Assembly (NCBI GenBank): GCA_020137815.1 | Contig: CM035351.1 | Location: 7,254,001 to 7,318,000 of the forward strand | Length of the DNA: 64,000 bases | Source of the DNA: Hormiphora californensis | Lineage: Eukaryota > Animalia > Ctenophora | Direction: 5' to 3' | In this document: in pieces, positions 39,401-51,400 of the stretch | How positions within the stretch are numbered: the first letter of the stretch is position 1 | Layout: the number at the start of each line of letters is the position of its first letter | Notes under the pieces: generated by a model | Told to the model about the DNA's origin: nothing | Databases searched by the model: none | What the model saw: only the letters and a program-made list of their open reading frames with translations | Translations under genes and position numbers: made by a program

Positions 39401-42400
39401 TGGGTCAAAGTGGGAAAGTTTCTTAGAGATAAGTTTGGTCAAAGTGGGGAAGTTTCTTAGAGATAACTTGGGTCAAAGTGGGAAAGTTTCTTAGAGATAA
39501 GTTGGGTCAAAGTGGGAAAGTTTCTTAGAGATAAGTTGGATCAATGTGGGAAAGTTTCTTAGAGATAAGTTCGGTCAGAGTGGGAAAGTTTCTTAGAGAT
39601 AAGTTGGGTCAAAGTGGGAAAGTTTCGTAGAGATAAGTTGGGTCAAAGTGGTAAAGTTTCTTAGAGATAAGTTGGGTCAAAGTGGGAAAGTTTCTTAAAG
39701 ATAAGTTGGGTCAAAGTGGGAAAGTTTCTTAGAGATAAGTTCGGCCAAAGTGGGAAAGTTTCTTAGAGATAAGTTGGGTCAAAGTGGGGTAGTTTCTTAG
39801 AGATAACTTGGGTCAAAGTGGGAAAGTTTCTTAGAGATAACTTGGGTCAAAGTGGGAAAGTTTCTTAGAGATAAGTTGGGTCAAAGTGGAAAAGTTTCTT
39901 AGAGAAAAGTTGGGTCAAAGTGGGAAAGTTTCTTAAAGATAAGTTGGGTCAAAGTGGGAAAGTTTCTTAGAGATAAGTTGGGTCAAAGTGGGAAAGTTTC
40001 TTAGAGATAAGTTGGGTCAAAGTAGGAAAGTTTCTTAGAGATAAGTTGGGTCAAAGTGGGAAATTTTCTTAGAGATAAGTTGGGTCAAAGTGGTAAAGTT
40101 TCTTAGAGATAAGTTGGGTCAAAGTGTGAAAGTTTCTTAAAGATAAGTTGGGTCAAAGTGGGAAAGTTTCTTAGAGATAAGTTGGATCAAAGTGGGAAAG
40201 TTTCTTAGAGATAAGTTGGGTCAAAGTGCTAAAGTTTCTTAGAGATAAGTTGGGTCAATGTGGGAAAGTTTCTTAGAGATAAGTTGGGTCAAAGTGGGAA
40301 AGTTTCTTAGAGATAAGTTGGGTCAAAGTGGTAAAGTTTCTTAGAGATAAGTTGGGTCAAAGTGGGAAAGTTTCTTAAAGATAAGTTGGATCAAAGTGGG
40401 AAAGTTTCTTAGAGATAAGTTGGGTCAATGTGGGAAAGTTTCTTAGAGATAAGTTGGGTCAAAGTGGGAAAGTTTCTTAGAGATAAGTTGGGTCAAAGTG
40501 GGAAAGTTTCTTAGAGATAAGTTGGGTCAAAGTGGTAAAGTTTCTTAGAGATAAGTTGGGTCAAAGTGGGAAAGTTTCTTAGAGATAAGTTGGGTCAAAG
40601 TGGAAAAGTTTCTTAGAGATAAGTTGGGTCAAAGTGGAAAAGTTTCTTAGAGATAATTTGGGTCAATGTGGGAAAGTTTCTTAGAGATAAGTTGGGTCAA
40701 AGTGGGAAAGTTTCTTAGAGATAAGTTCGGCCAAAGTGGGAAAGTTTCTTAGAGATAAGTTGTGTCAAATTGGGAAAGTTTTTTAGAGATAAGTTGGCTT
40801 AAAGTGGGAAAGTTTCAATTAGAGATAAGTTGGGTCAAAGTGGGAAAGTTTCTTAGAGATAAGTTGGATCAAAGTGGGAAAGTTTCTTAGAGATAAGTTG
40901 GGTCAATGTGGGAAAGTTTCTTAGAGATAAGTTGGGTCAAAGTGGGAAAGTTTCTTAGAGATAAGTTGGGTCAAAGTGGTAAAGTTTCTTAGAGATAAGT
41001 TGGGTCAAAGTGGGAAAGTTTCTTAAAGATAAGTTGGGTCAAAGTGGGAAAGTTTCTTAGAGATAAGTTGGGTCAAAGTGGAAAAGTTTCTTAGAGAAAA
41101 GTTGGGTCAAAGTGGGAAAGTTTCTTAAAGATAAGTTGGGTCAAAGTGGGAAAGTTTCTTAGAGATAAGTTGGGTCAAAGTGGGAAAGTTTCTTAGAGAT
41201 AAGTTGGGTCAAAGTAGGAAAGTTTCTTAGAGATAAGTTGGGTCAAAGTGGTAAAGTTTCTTAGAGATAAGTTGGGTCAAAGTGTGAAAGTTTCTTAAAG
41301 ATAAGTTGGGTCAAAGTGGGAAAGTTTCTTAGAGATAAGTTGGATCAAAGTGGGAAAGTTTCTTAGAGATAAGTTGGGTCAAAGTGCTAAAGTTTCTTAG
41401 AGATAAGTTGGGTCAATGTGGGAAAGTTTCTTAGAGATAAGTTGGGTCAAAGTGGGAAAGTTTCTTAGAGATAAGTTGGGTCAAAGTGGGAAAGTTTCTT
41501 AGAGATAAGTTGGGTCACAGTGGGAAAGTTTCTTAGAGATAAGTTGGATCAAAGTGGGAAAGTTTCTTAGAGATAAGTTGGGTCAAAGTGGGAAAGTTCT
41601 TAGAGATAAGTTGGGTCAAAGTGGGAAAGTTTCAATTAGAGATAAGTTGGGTCAAAGTGGGAAAGTTTCAATTAGAGATAAGTTGGGTCAATGTGGGAAA
41701 GTTTCTTAGAGATAAGTTGGGTCAAAGTGGGAAAGTTTCTTAGAGATAAGTTGGGTCAAAGTGGAAAAGTTTCTTAGAGATAAGTTGGGTCAAAGTGGGA
41801 AAGTTTCTTAGAGATAAGTTGGGTCAAAGTGGGAAAGTTTCAATTAGAGATAAGTTGGGTCAAAGTGGAAAAGTTTCTTAGAGATAATTTGGGTCAATGT
41901 GGGAAAGTTTCTTAGAGATAAGTTGGGTCAAAGTGGGAAAGTTTCTTAGAGATAAGTTCGGCCAAAGTGGGAAAGTTTCTTAGAGATAAGTTTGGTCAAA
42001 GTGGGGAAGTTTCTTAGAGATAACTTGGGTCAAAGTGGGAAAGTTTCTTAGAGATAAGTTGGGTCAAAGTGGGAAAGTTTCTTAGAGATAAGTTGGGTCA
42101 AAGTGGGAAAGTTTCTTAAAGATAAGTTGGGTCAAAGTGGGAAAGTTTCTTAGAGATAAGTTTGGTCAAAGTGGGGAAGTTTCTTAGAGATAACTTGGGT
42201 CAAAGTGGGAAAGTTTCTTAGAGATAAGTTGGGTCAAAGTGGGAAAGTTTCTTAGAGATAAGTTGGATCAATGTGGGAAAGTTTCTTAGAGATAAGTTCG
42301 GTCAGAGTGGGAAAGTTTCTTAGAGATAAGTTGGGTCAAAGTGGGAAAGTTTCGTAGAGATAAGTTGGGTCAAAGTGGTAAAGTTTCTTAGAGATAAGTT

Positions 42401-45400
42401 GGGTCAAAGTGGGAAAGTTTCTTAAAGATAAGTTGGGTCAAAGTGGGAAAGTTTCTTAGAGATAAGTTCGGCCAAAGTGGGAAAGTTTCTTAGAGATAAG
42501 TTGGGTCAAAGTGGGGTAGTTTCTTAGAGATAACTTGGGTCAAAGTGGGAAAGTTTCTTAGAGATAACTTGGGTCAAAGTGGGAAAGTTTCTTAGAGATA
42601 AGTTGGGTCAAAGTGTGAAAGTTTCTTAAAGATAAGTTGGGTCAAAGTGGGAAAGTTTCTTAGAGATAAGTTGGATCAAAGTGGGAAAGTTTCTTAGAGA
42701 TAAGTTGGGTCAAAGTGCTAAAGTTTCTTAGAGATAAGTTGGGTCAATGTGGGAAAGTTTCTTAGAGATAAGTTGGGTCAAAGTGGGAAAGTTTCTTAGA
42801 GATAAGTTGGGTCAAAGTGGGAAAGTTTCTTAGAGATAAGTTGGGTCACAGTGGGAAAGTTTCTTAGAGATAAGTTGGATCAAAGTGGGAAAGTTTCTTA
42901 GAGATAAGTTGGGTCAAAGTGGGAAAGTTCTTAGAGATAAGTTGGGTCAAAGTGGGAAAGTTTCAATTAGAGATAAGTTGGGTCAAAGTGGGAAAGTTTC
43001 AATTAGAGATAAGTTGGGTCAATGTGGGAAAGTTTCTTAGAGATAAGTTGGGTCAAAGTGGGAAAGTTTCTTAGAGATAAGTTGGGTCAAAGTGGAAAAG
43101 TTTCTTAGAGATAAGTTGGGTCAAAGTGGGAAAGTTTCTTAGAGATAAGTTGGGTCAAAGTGGGAAAGTTTCAATTAGAGATAAGTTGGGTCAAAGTGGA
43201 AAAGTTTCTTAGAGATAATTTGGGTCAATGTGGGAAAGTTTCTTAGAGATAAGTTGGGTCAAAGTGGGAAAGTTTCTTAGAGATAAGTTCGGCCAAAGTG
43301 GGAAAGTTTCTTAGAGATAAGTTTGGTCAAAGTGGGGAAGTTTCTTAGAGATAACTTGGGTCAAAGTGGGAAAGTTTCTTAGAGATAAGTTGGGTCAAAG
43401 TGGGAAAGTTTCTTAGAGATAAGTTGGGTCAAAGTGGGAAAGTTTCTTAAAGATAAGTTGGGTCAAAGTGGGAAAGTTTCTTAGAGATAAGTTTGGTCAA
43501 AGTGGGGAAGTTTCTTAGAGATAACTTGGGTCAAAGTGGGAAAGTTTCTTAGAGATAAGTTGGGTCAAAGTGGGAAAGTTTCTTAGAGATAAGTTGGATC
43601 AATGTGGGAAAGTTTCTTAGAGATAAGTTCGGTCAGAGTGGGAAAGTTTCTTAGAGATAAGTTGGGTCAAAGTGGGAAAGTTTCGTAGAGATAAGTTGGG
43701 TCAAAGTGGTAAAGTTTCTTAGAGATAAGTTGGGTCAAAGTGGGAAAGTTTCTTAAAGATAAGTTGGGTCAAAGTGGGAAAGTTTCTTAGAGATAAGTTC
43801 GGCCAAAGTGGGAAAGTTTCTTAGAGATAAGTTGGGTCAAAGTGGGGTAGTTTCTTAGAGATAACTTGGGTCAAAGTGGGAAAGTTTCTTAGAGATAACT
43901 TGGGTCAAAGTGGGAAAGTTTCTTAGAGATAAGTTGGGTCAAAGTGGAAAAGTTTCTTAGAGAAAAGTTGGGTCAAAGTGGGAAAGTTTCTTAAAGATAA
44001 GTTGGGTCAAAGTGGGAAAGTTTCTTAGAGATAAGTTGGGTCAAAGTGGGAAAGTTTCTTAGAGATAAGTTGGGTCAAAGTAGGAAAGTTTCTTAGAGAT
44101 AAGTTGGGTCAAAGTGGGAAATTTTCTTAGAGATAAGTTGGGTCAAAGTGGTAAAGTTTCTTAGAGATAAGTTGGGTCAAAGTGTGAAAGTTTCTTAAAG
44201 ATAAGTTGGGTCAAAGTGGGAAAGTTTCTTAGAGATAAGTTGGATCAAAGTGGGAAAGTTTCTTAGAGATAAGTTGGGTCAAAGTGCTAAAGTTTCTTAG
44301 AGATAAGTTGGGTCAATGTGGGAAAGTTTCTTAGAGATAAGTTGGGTCAAAGTGGGAAAGTTTCTTAGAGATAAGTTGGGTCAAAGTGGTAAAGTTTCTT
44401 AGAGATAAGTTGGGTCAAAGTGGGAAAGTTTCTTAAAGATAAGTTGGATCAAAGTGGGAAAGTTTCTTAGAGATAAGTTGGGTCAATGTGGGAAAGTTTC
44501 TTAGAGATAAGTTGGGTCAAAGTGGGAAAGTTTCTTAGAGATAAGTTGGGTCAAAGTGGGAAAGTTTCTTAGAGATAAGTTGGGTCAAAGTGGTAAAGTT
44601 TCTTAGAGATAAGTTGGGTCAAAGTGGGAAAGTTTCTTAGAGATAAGTTGGGTCAAAGTGGAAAAGTTTCTTAGAGATAAGTTGGGTCAAAGTGGAAAAG
44701 TTTCTTAGAGATAATTTGGGTCAATGTGGGAAAGTTTCTTAGAGATAAGTTGGGTCAAAGTGGGAAAGTTTCTTAGAGATAAGTTCGGCCAAAGTGGGAA
44801 AGTTTCTTAGAGATAAGTTGTGTCAAATTGGGAAAGTTTTTTAGAGATAAGTTGGCTTAAAGTGGGAAAGTTTCAATTAGAGATAAGTTGGGTCAAAGTG
44901 GGAAAGTTTCTTAGAGATAAGTTGGATCAAAGTGGGAAAGTTTCTTAGAGATAAGTTGGGTCAATGTGGGAAAGTTTCTTAGAGATAAGTTGGGTCAAAG
45001 TGGGAAAGTTTCTTAGAGATAAGTTGGGTCAAAGTGGTAAAGTTTCTTAGAGATAAGTTGGGTCAAAGTGGGAAAGTTTCTTAAAGATAAGTTGGGTCAA
45101 AGTGGGAAAGTTTCTTAGAGATAAGTTGGGTCAAAGTGGAAAAGTTTCTTAGAGAAAAGTTGGGTCAAAGTGGAAAAGTTTCGTAGAGATAAGTTGGGTC
45201 AAAGTGGGAAAGTTTCTTAGAGATAAGTTGGATCAAAGTGGGAAAGTTTCTTAGAGATAAGTTGGGTCAAAGTGCTAAAGTTTCTTAGAGATAAGTTGGG
45301 TCAATGTGGGAAAGTTTCTTAGAGATAAGTTGGGTCAAAGTGGGAAAGTTTCTTAGAGATAAGTTGGGTCAAAGTGGTAAAGTTTCTTAGAGATAAGTTG

Positions 45401-48400
45401 GGTCAAAGTGGGAAAGTTTCTTAAAGATAAGTTGGATCAAAGAGGGAAATTTTCTTAGAGATAAGTTGGGTCAAAGTGGGAAAGTTTCTTAGAGATAAGT
45501 TGGGTCAAAGTGGGAAAGTTTCTTAGAGATAAGTTGGGTCAAAGTGGGAAAGTTTCTTAGAGATAAGTTGGGTCAAAGTGGGAAAGTTTCTTAGAGATAA
45601 GTTCGGTCAAAGTGGGAAAGTTTCTTAGAGATAAGTTGGGTCAAAGTGGGAAATTTTCTTAGAGATAAGTTGGGTCAAAGTGGGAAAGTTTCAATTAGAG
45701 ATAAGTTGTGTCAAAGTGGGAAAGTTTCTTAGAGATAAGTTGGGTTAAAGTGGGAAAGTTTCAATTAGAGATAAGTTGGGTCAAAGTGGGAAAGTTTCTT
45801 AGAGATAAGTTGGGTCAATGTGGGAAAGTTTCTTAGAGATAAGTTCGGTCAAAGTGGGAAAGTTTCTTAGAGATAAGTTGGGTCAAAGTGGGAAAGTTTC
45901 GTAGAGATAAGTTGGGTCAAAGTGGTAAAGTTTCTTAGAGATAAGTTGGGTCAAAGTGGGAAAGTTTCTTAAAGATAAGTTGGGTCAAAGTGGGAAAGTT
46001 TCTTAGAGATAAGTTCGGCCAAAGTGGGAAAGTTTCTTAGAGATAAGTTGGGTCAAAGTGGGAAATTTTCTTAGAGATAAGTTGGGTCAAAGTGGGAAAG
46101 TTTCAATTAGAGATAAGTTGTGTCAAAGTGGGAAAGTTTCTTAAAGATAAGTTGGGTCAAAGTGGGAAAGTTTCTTAGAGATAAGTTCGGCCAAAGTGGG
46201 AAAGTTTCTTAGAGATAAGTTGGGTCAAAGTGGGAAATTTTCTTAGAGATAAGTTGGGTCAAAGTGGGAAAGTTTCAATTAGAGATAAGTTGTGTCAAAG
46301 TGGGAAAGTTTCTTAGAGATAAGTTGGGTTAAAGTGGGAAAGTTTCAATTAGAGATAAGTTGGGTCAAAGTGGGAAAGTTTCTTAGAGATAAGTTGGGTC
46401 AATGTGGGAAAGTTTCTTAGAGATAAGTTCGGTCAAAGTGGGAAAGTTTCTTAGAGATAAGTTGGGTCAAAGTGGGAAAGTTTCGTAGAGATAAGTTGGG
46501 TCAAAGTGGTAAAGTTTCTTAGAGATAAGTTGGGTCAAAGTGGGAAAGTTTCTTAAAGATAAGTTGGGTCAAAGTGGGAAAGTTTCTTAGAGATAAGTTC
46601 GGCCAAAGTGGGAAAGTTTCTTAGAGATAAGTTGGGTCAAAGTGGGGAAGTTTCTTAGAGATAACTTGGGTCAAAGTGGGAAAGTTTCTTAGAGATAACT
46701 TGGGTCAAAGTGGGAAAGTTTCTTAGAGATAAGTTGGGTCAAAGTGGGAAAGTTTCTTAGAGATAAGTTGGGTCAAAGTGGGAAAGTTTCTTAGAGATAA
46801 GTTGGGTCAAAGTGGGAAAGTTTCGTAGAGATAAGTTGGGTCAAAGTGGGAAAGTTTCTTAGAGATAAGTTGGGTCAATGTGGGAAAGTTTCTTAGAGAT
46901 AAGTTGGGTCAAAGTGGGAAAGTTTCTTTGAGATAAGTTGAGTCAAAGTGGTAAAGTTTCTTAGAGATAAGTTGGGTCAAAGTGGGAAAGTTTCTTAAAG
47001 ATAAGTTGGGTCAATGTGGGAAAGTTTCTTAGAGATAAGTTGGGTCAAAGTGGGAAAGTTTCTTAGAGATAAGTTGAGTCAAAGTGGTAAAGTTTCTTAG
47101 AGATAAGTTGGGTCAAAGTGGGAAAGTTTCTTAAAGATAAGTTGGATCAAAGTGGGAAATTTTCTTAGAGATAAGTTGGGTCAAAGTGGGAAAGTTTCTT
47201 AGAGATAAGTTGGGTCAAAGTGGGAAAGTTTCTTAGAGATAAGTTCGGTCAAAGTGGGAAAGTTTCTTAGAGATAAGTTGGGTCAAAGTGGGAAATTTTC
47301 TTAGAGATAAGTTGGGTCAAAGTGGGAAAGTTTCAATTAGAGATAAGTTGTGTCAAAGTGGGAAAGTTTCTTAGAGATAAGTTGGGTTAAAGTGGGAAAG
47401 TTTCAATTAGAGATAAGTTGTGTCAAAGTGGAAAAGTTTCTTAGAGATAATTTGGGTCAATGTGGGAAAGTTTCTTAGAGATAAGTTGGGTCAAAGTGGG
47501 GAAGTTTCTTAGAGATAACTTGGGTCAAAGTGGGAAAGTTTCTTAGAGATAAGTTGGGTCAAAGTGGGAAAGTTTCTTAGAGATAAGTTGGGTCAATGTG
47601 GGAAAGTTTCTTAGAGATAAGTTCGGTCAAAGTGGGAAAGTTTCTTAGAGATAAGTTGGGTCAAAGTGGTAAAGTTTCTTAGAGATAAGTTGGGTCAAAG
47701 TGGGAAAGTTTCTGAAAGATAAGTTGGGTCAAAGTGGGAAAGTTTCTTAGAGATAAGTTCGGCCAAAGTGGGAAAGTTTCTTAGAGATAAGTTGGGTCAA
47801 AGTGGGGAAGTTTCTTAGAGATAACTTGGGTCAAAGTGGGAAAGTTTCTTAGAGATAACTTGGGTCAAAGTGGGAAAGTTTCTTAGAGATAAGTTGGGTG
47901 AAAGTGGGAAAGTTTCTTAGAGATAAGTTGTGTCAAAGTGGGAAAGTTTCTTAGAGATAAGTTGGGTTAAAGTGGGAAAGTTTCAATTAGAGATAAGTTG
48001 GGTCAAAGTGGAAAAGTTTCTTAGAGATAAGTTGGGTCAATGTGGGAAAGTTTCTTAGAGATAAGTTCGGTCAAAGTGGGAAAGTTTCTTAGAGATAAGT
48101 TGGGTCAAAGTGGGAAAGTTTCGTAGAGATAAGTTGGGTCAAAGTGGGAAAGTTTCTTAGAGATAAGTTGGATCAAAGTGGGAAAGTTTCTTAGAGATAA
48201 GTTGGGTCAAAGTGCTAAAGTTTCTTAGAGATAAGTTGGGTCAATGTGGGAAAGTTTCTTAGAGATAAGTTGGGTCAAAGTGGGAAAGTTTCTTAGAGAT
48301 AAGTTGGGTCAAAGTGGTAAAGTTTCTTAGAGATAAGTTGGGTCAAAGTGGGAAAGTTTCTTAAAGATAAGTTGGATCAAAGAGGGAAATTTTCTTAGAG

Positions 48401-51400
48401 ATAAGTTGGGTCAAAGTGGGAAAGTTTCTTAGAGATAAGTTGGGTCAAAGTGGGAAAGTTTCTTAGAGATAAGTTGGGTCAAAGTGGGAAAGTTTCTTAG
48501 AGATAAGTTGGGTCAAAGTGGGAAAGTTTCTTAGAGTTAAGTTCGGTCAAAGTGGGAAAGTTTCTTAGAGATAAGTTGGGTCAAAGTGGGAAATTTTCTT
48601 AGAGATAAGTTGGGTCAAAGTGGGAAAGTTTCAATTAGAGATAATTTGTGTCAAAGTGGGAAAGTTTCTTAGAGATAAGTTGGGTTAAAGTGGGAAAGTT
48701 TCAATTAGAGATAAGTTGGGTCAAAGTGGGAAAGTTTCTTAGAGATAAGTTGGGTCAATGTGGGAAAGTTTCTTAGAGATAAGTTCGGTCAAAGTGGGAA
48801 AGTTTCTTAGAGATAAGTTGGGTCAAAGTGGGAAAGTTTCGTAGAGATAAGTTGGGTCAAAGTGGTAAAGTTTCTTAGAGATAAGTTGGGTCAAAGTGGG
48901 AAAGTTTCTTAAAGATAAGTTGGGTCAAAGTGGGAAAGTTTCTTAGAGATAAGTTCGGCCAAAGTGGGAAAGTTTCTTAGAGATAAGTTGGGTCAAAGTG
49001 GGAAATTTTCTTAGAGATAAGTTGGGTCAAAGTGGGAAAGTTTCAATTAGAGATAAGTTGTGTCAAAGTGGGAAAGTTTCTTAGAGATAAGTTGGGTTAA
49101 AGTGGGAAAGTTTCAATTAGAGATAAGTTGGGTCAAAGTGGGAAAGTTTCTTAGAGATAAGTTGGGTCAATGTGGGAAAGTTTCTTAGAGATAAGTTGGG
49201 TCAAAGTGGGAAAGTTTCTTAAAGATAAGTTGGGTCAAAGTGGGAAAGTTTCTTAGAGATAAGTTCGGCCAAAGTGGGAAAGTTTCTTAGAGATAAGTTG
49301 GGTCAAAGTGGGAAATTTTCTTAGAGATAAGTTGGGTCAAAGTGGGAAAGTTTCAATTAGAGATAAGTTGTGTCAAAGTGGGAAAGTTTCTTAGAGATAA
49401 GTTGGGTTAAAGTGGGAAAGTTTCAATTAGAGATAAGTTGGGTCAAAGTGGGAAAGTTTCTTAGAGATAAGTTGGGTCAATGTGGGAAAGTTTCTTAGAG
49501 ATAAGTTGGGTCAAAGTGGGTAAGTTTCGTAGAGATAAGTTGGGTCAAAGTGGTAAAGTTTCTTAGAGATAAGTTGGGTCAAAGTGGGAAAGTTTCTTAA
49601 AGATAAGTTGGGTCAAAGTGGGAAAGTTTCTTAGAGATAAGTTGGATCAAAGTGGGAAAGTTTCTTAGAGATAAGTTGGGTCAAAGTGGTAAAGTTTCTT
49701 AGAGATAAGTTGGGTCAATGTGGGAAAGTTTCTTAGAGATAAGTTGGGTCAAAGTGGGAAAGTTTCTTAGAGATAAGTTGGGTCAAAGTGGGAAAGTTTC
49801 TTAGAGATAAGTTGGGTCAAAGTGGGAAAGTTTCTTAGAGATAAGTTGGGTCAAAGTGGGGAAGTTTCTTAGAGATAACTTGGGTCAAAGTGGGAAAGTT
49901 TCTTAGAGATAAGTTGGGTCAAAGTGGGAAAGTTTCTTAGAGATAAGTTGGGTCAAAGTGGGAAAGTTTCTTAGAGATAAGTTGGGTCAAAGTGGGAAAG
50001 TTTCGTAGAGATAAGTTGGGTCAAAGTGGTAAAGTTTCTTAGAGATAAGTTGGGTCAAAGTGGGAAAGTTTCTTAAAGATAAGTTTGGTCAAAGTGGGAA
50101 AGTTTCTTAGAGATAAGTTGGATCAAAGTGGGAAAGTTTCTTAGAGATAAGTTGGGTCAAAGTGGTAAAGTTTCTTAGAGATAAGTTGGGTCAAAGTGGG
50201 AAAGTTTCTTAGAGATAAGTTGGTTAAAAGTGGGATAGTTTCTCAGAGATAAGTTCGGTCAATGTGGGAAAGTTTCTTAGAGATAAGTTCGGTCAAAGTG
50301 GGAAAGTTTCTTAGAGATTAAGAGGTCAAAGTGGGAAAGTTTCTTAGAGATTCGGAGGTCAAATTGGAAAAGTTCCTTTGAGATAAGGTGGGTCAAAGTT
50401 GGAAAGTTTCTTAGAGATTAGGAGGTCAAAGTGGGAAAGTTTCTTAGAGATAAGTTGCAGGTCAAAGTGGGAAAGTTTCTTAGAGATAAGTTGGGTCAAA
50501 GTAGGAAAGTTTTTTAGAGATAAGTTGGGTCAAAGTGGGAAAGTTTCTTAGAGATAAGTTGGGTCAAAGTGGGAAAGTTTCTTAGAGATAAGCTGGGTCA
50601 AAGTGGGAAAGTTTCTTAGAGATAAGTTGGATCAAAATGGGAAAGTTTCTTAGAGATAAGTTGGGTCAAAGTGGGAAAGTTTCTTAGAGATAAGTTGAGG
50701 TCAAAGTGGAAAGTTTCTTAGAGATTAGGAGGTTAAAACGGGAAAGTTTCTTAGAGATATTTCACCAACCCCTAGTGAGGGCTATTATATTTTTACTCTA
50801 AACCCTGCTAACAGATACATATCTCCCTGCTATCAGCTGTTTCTGAGTAATATTGGAGAGACATTCACTCTGGTGACCAATATGCTGGCTGACACTGATC
50901 CCGAGATAAAACTATACTGTCTGGATCTACTGATTGATTTTACCCGCTCTGAAGCGATGGTGTCAGCTTTCCATGAGTAAGCTACTTGACAGTTTGACTT
51001 GTGACTGTAACCAGTCCGACCTGTATCATGCTGTATGTTTGTTTGTTTGTTTGTTTGTTTGTTTGTTTGTTTGTTTGTTATGCCATAAGAACCTGAGGTA
51101 CGTCGTTACACTGCACTTGTAGTGGTAAGATAGGGCATGCTATTAGATAAACACTAATCCTTCCTTTCTCTTATAGCTGTTCCTTATTGGATGACTTCGT
51201 GAACAGTGATCTGATTACAGGCGACCCCCTCATCAGAGATAAGGTAATACCAACAGATCTGTACAATCGTCATCACGGACAAAATGTGTGTGTTGTTATG
51301 TTCTAACCCTCCTTTAGAAGGGGGCGCGGTAAAACAAGGTCGAACAAGGCAACATATCTGTGTGCGGTTGTATCATGTTGTATCATGTTTTATCATGTTG

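Noticed and set aside
38597-50760. CRISPR array (34-bp repeats)
   Set aside because: Head-to-tail repeats without spacers, no cas genes, eukaryotic intron.
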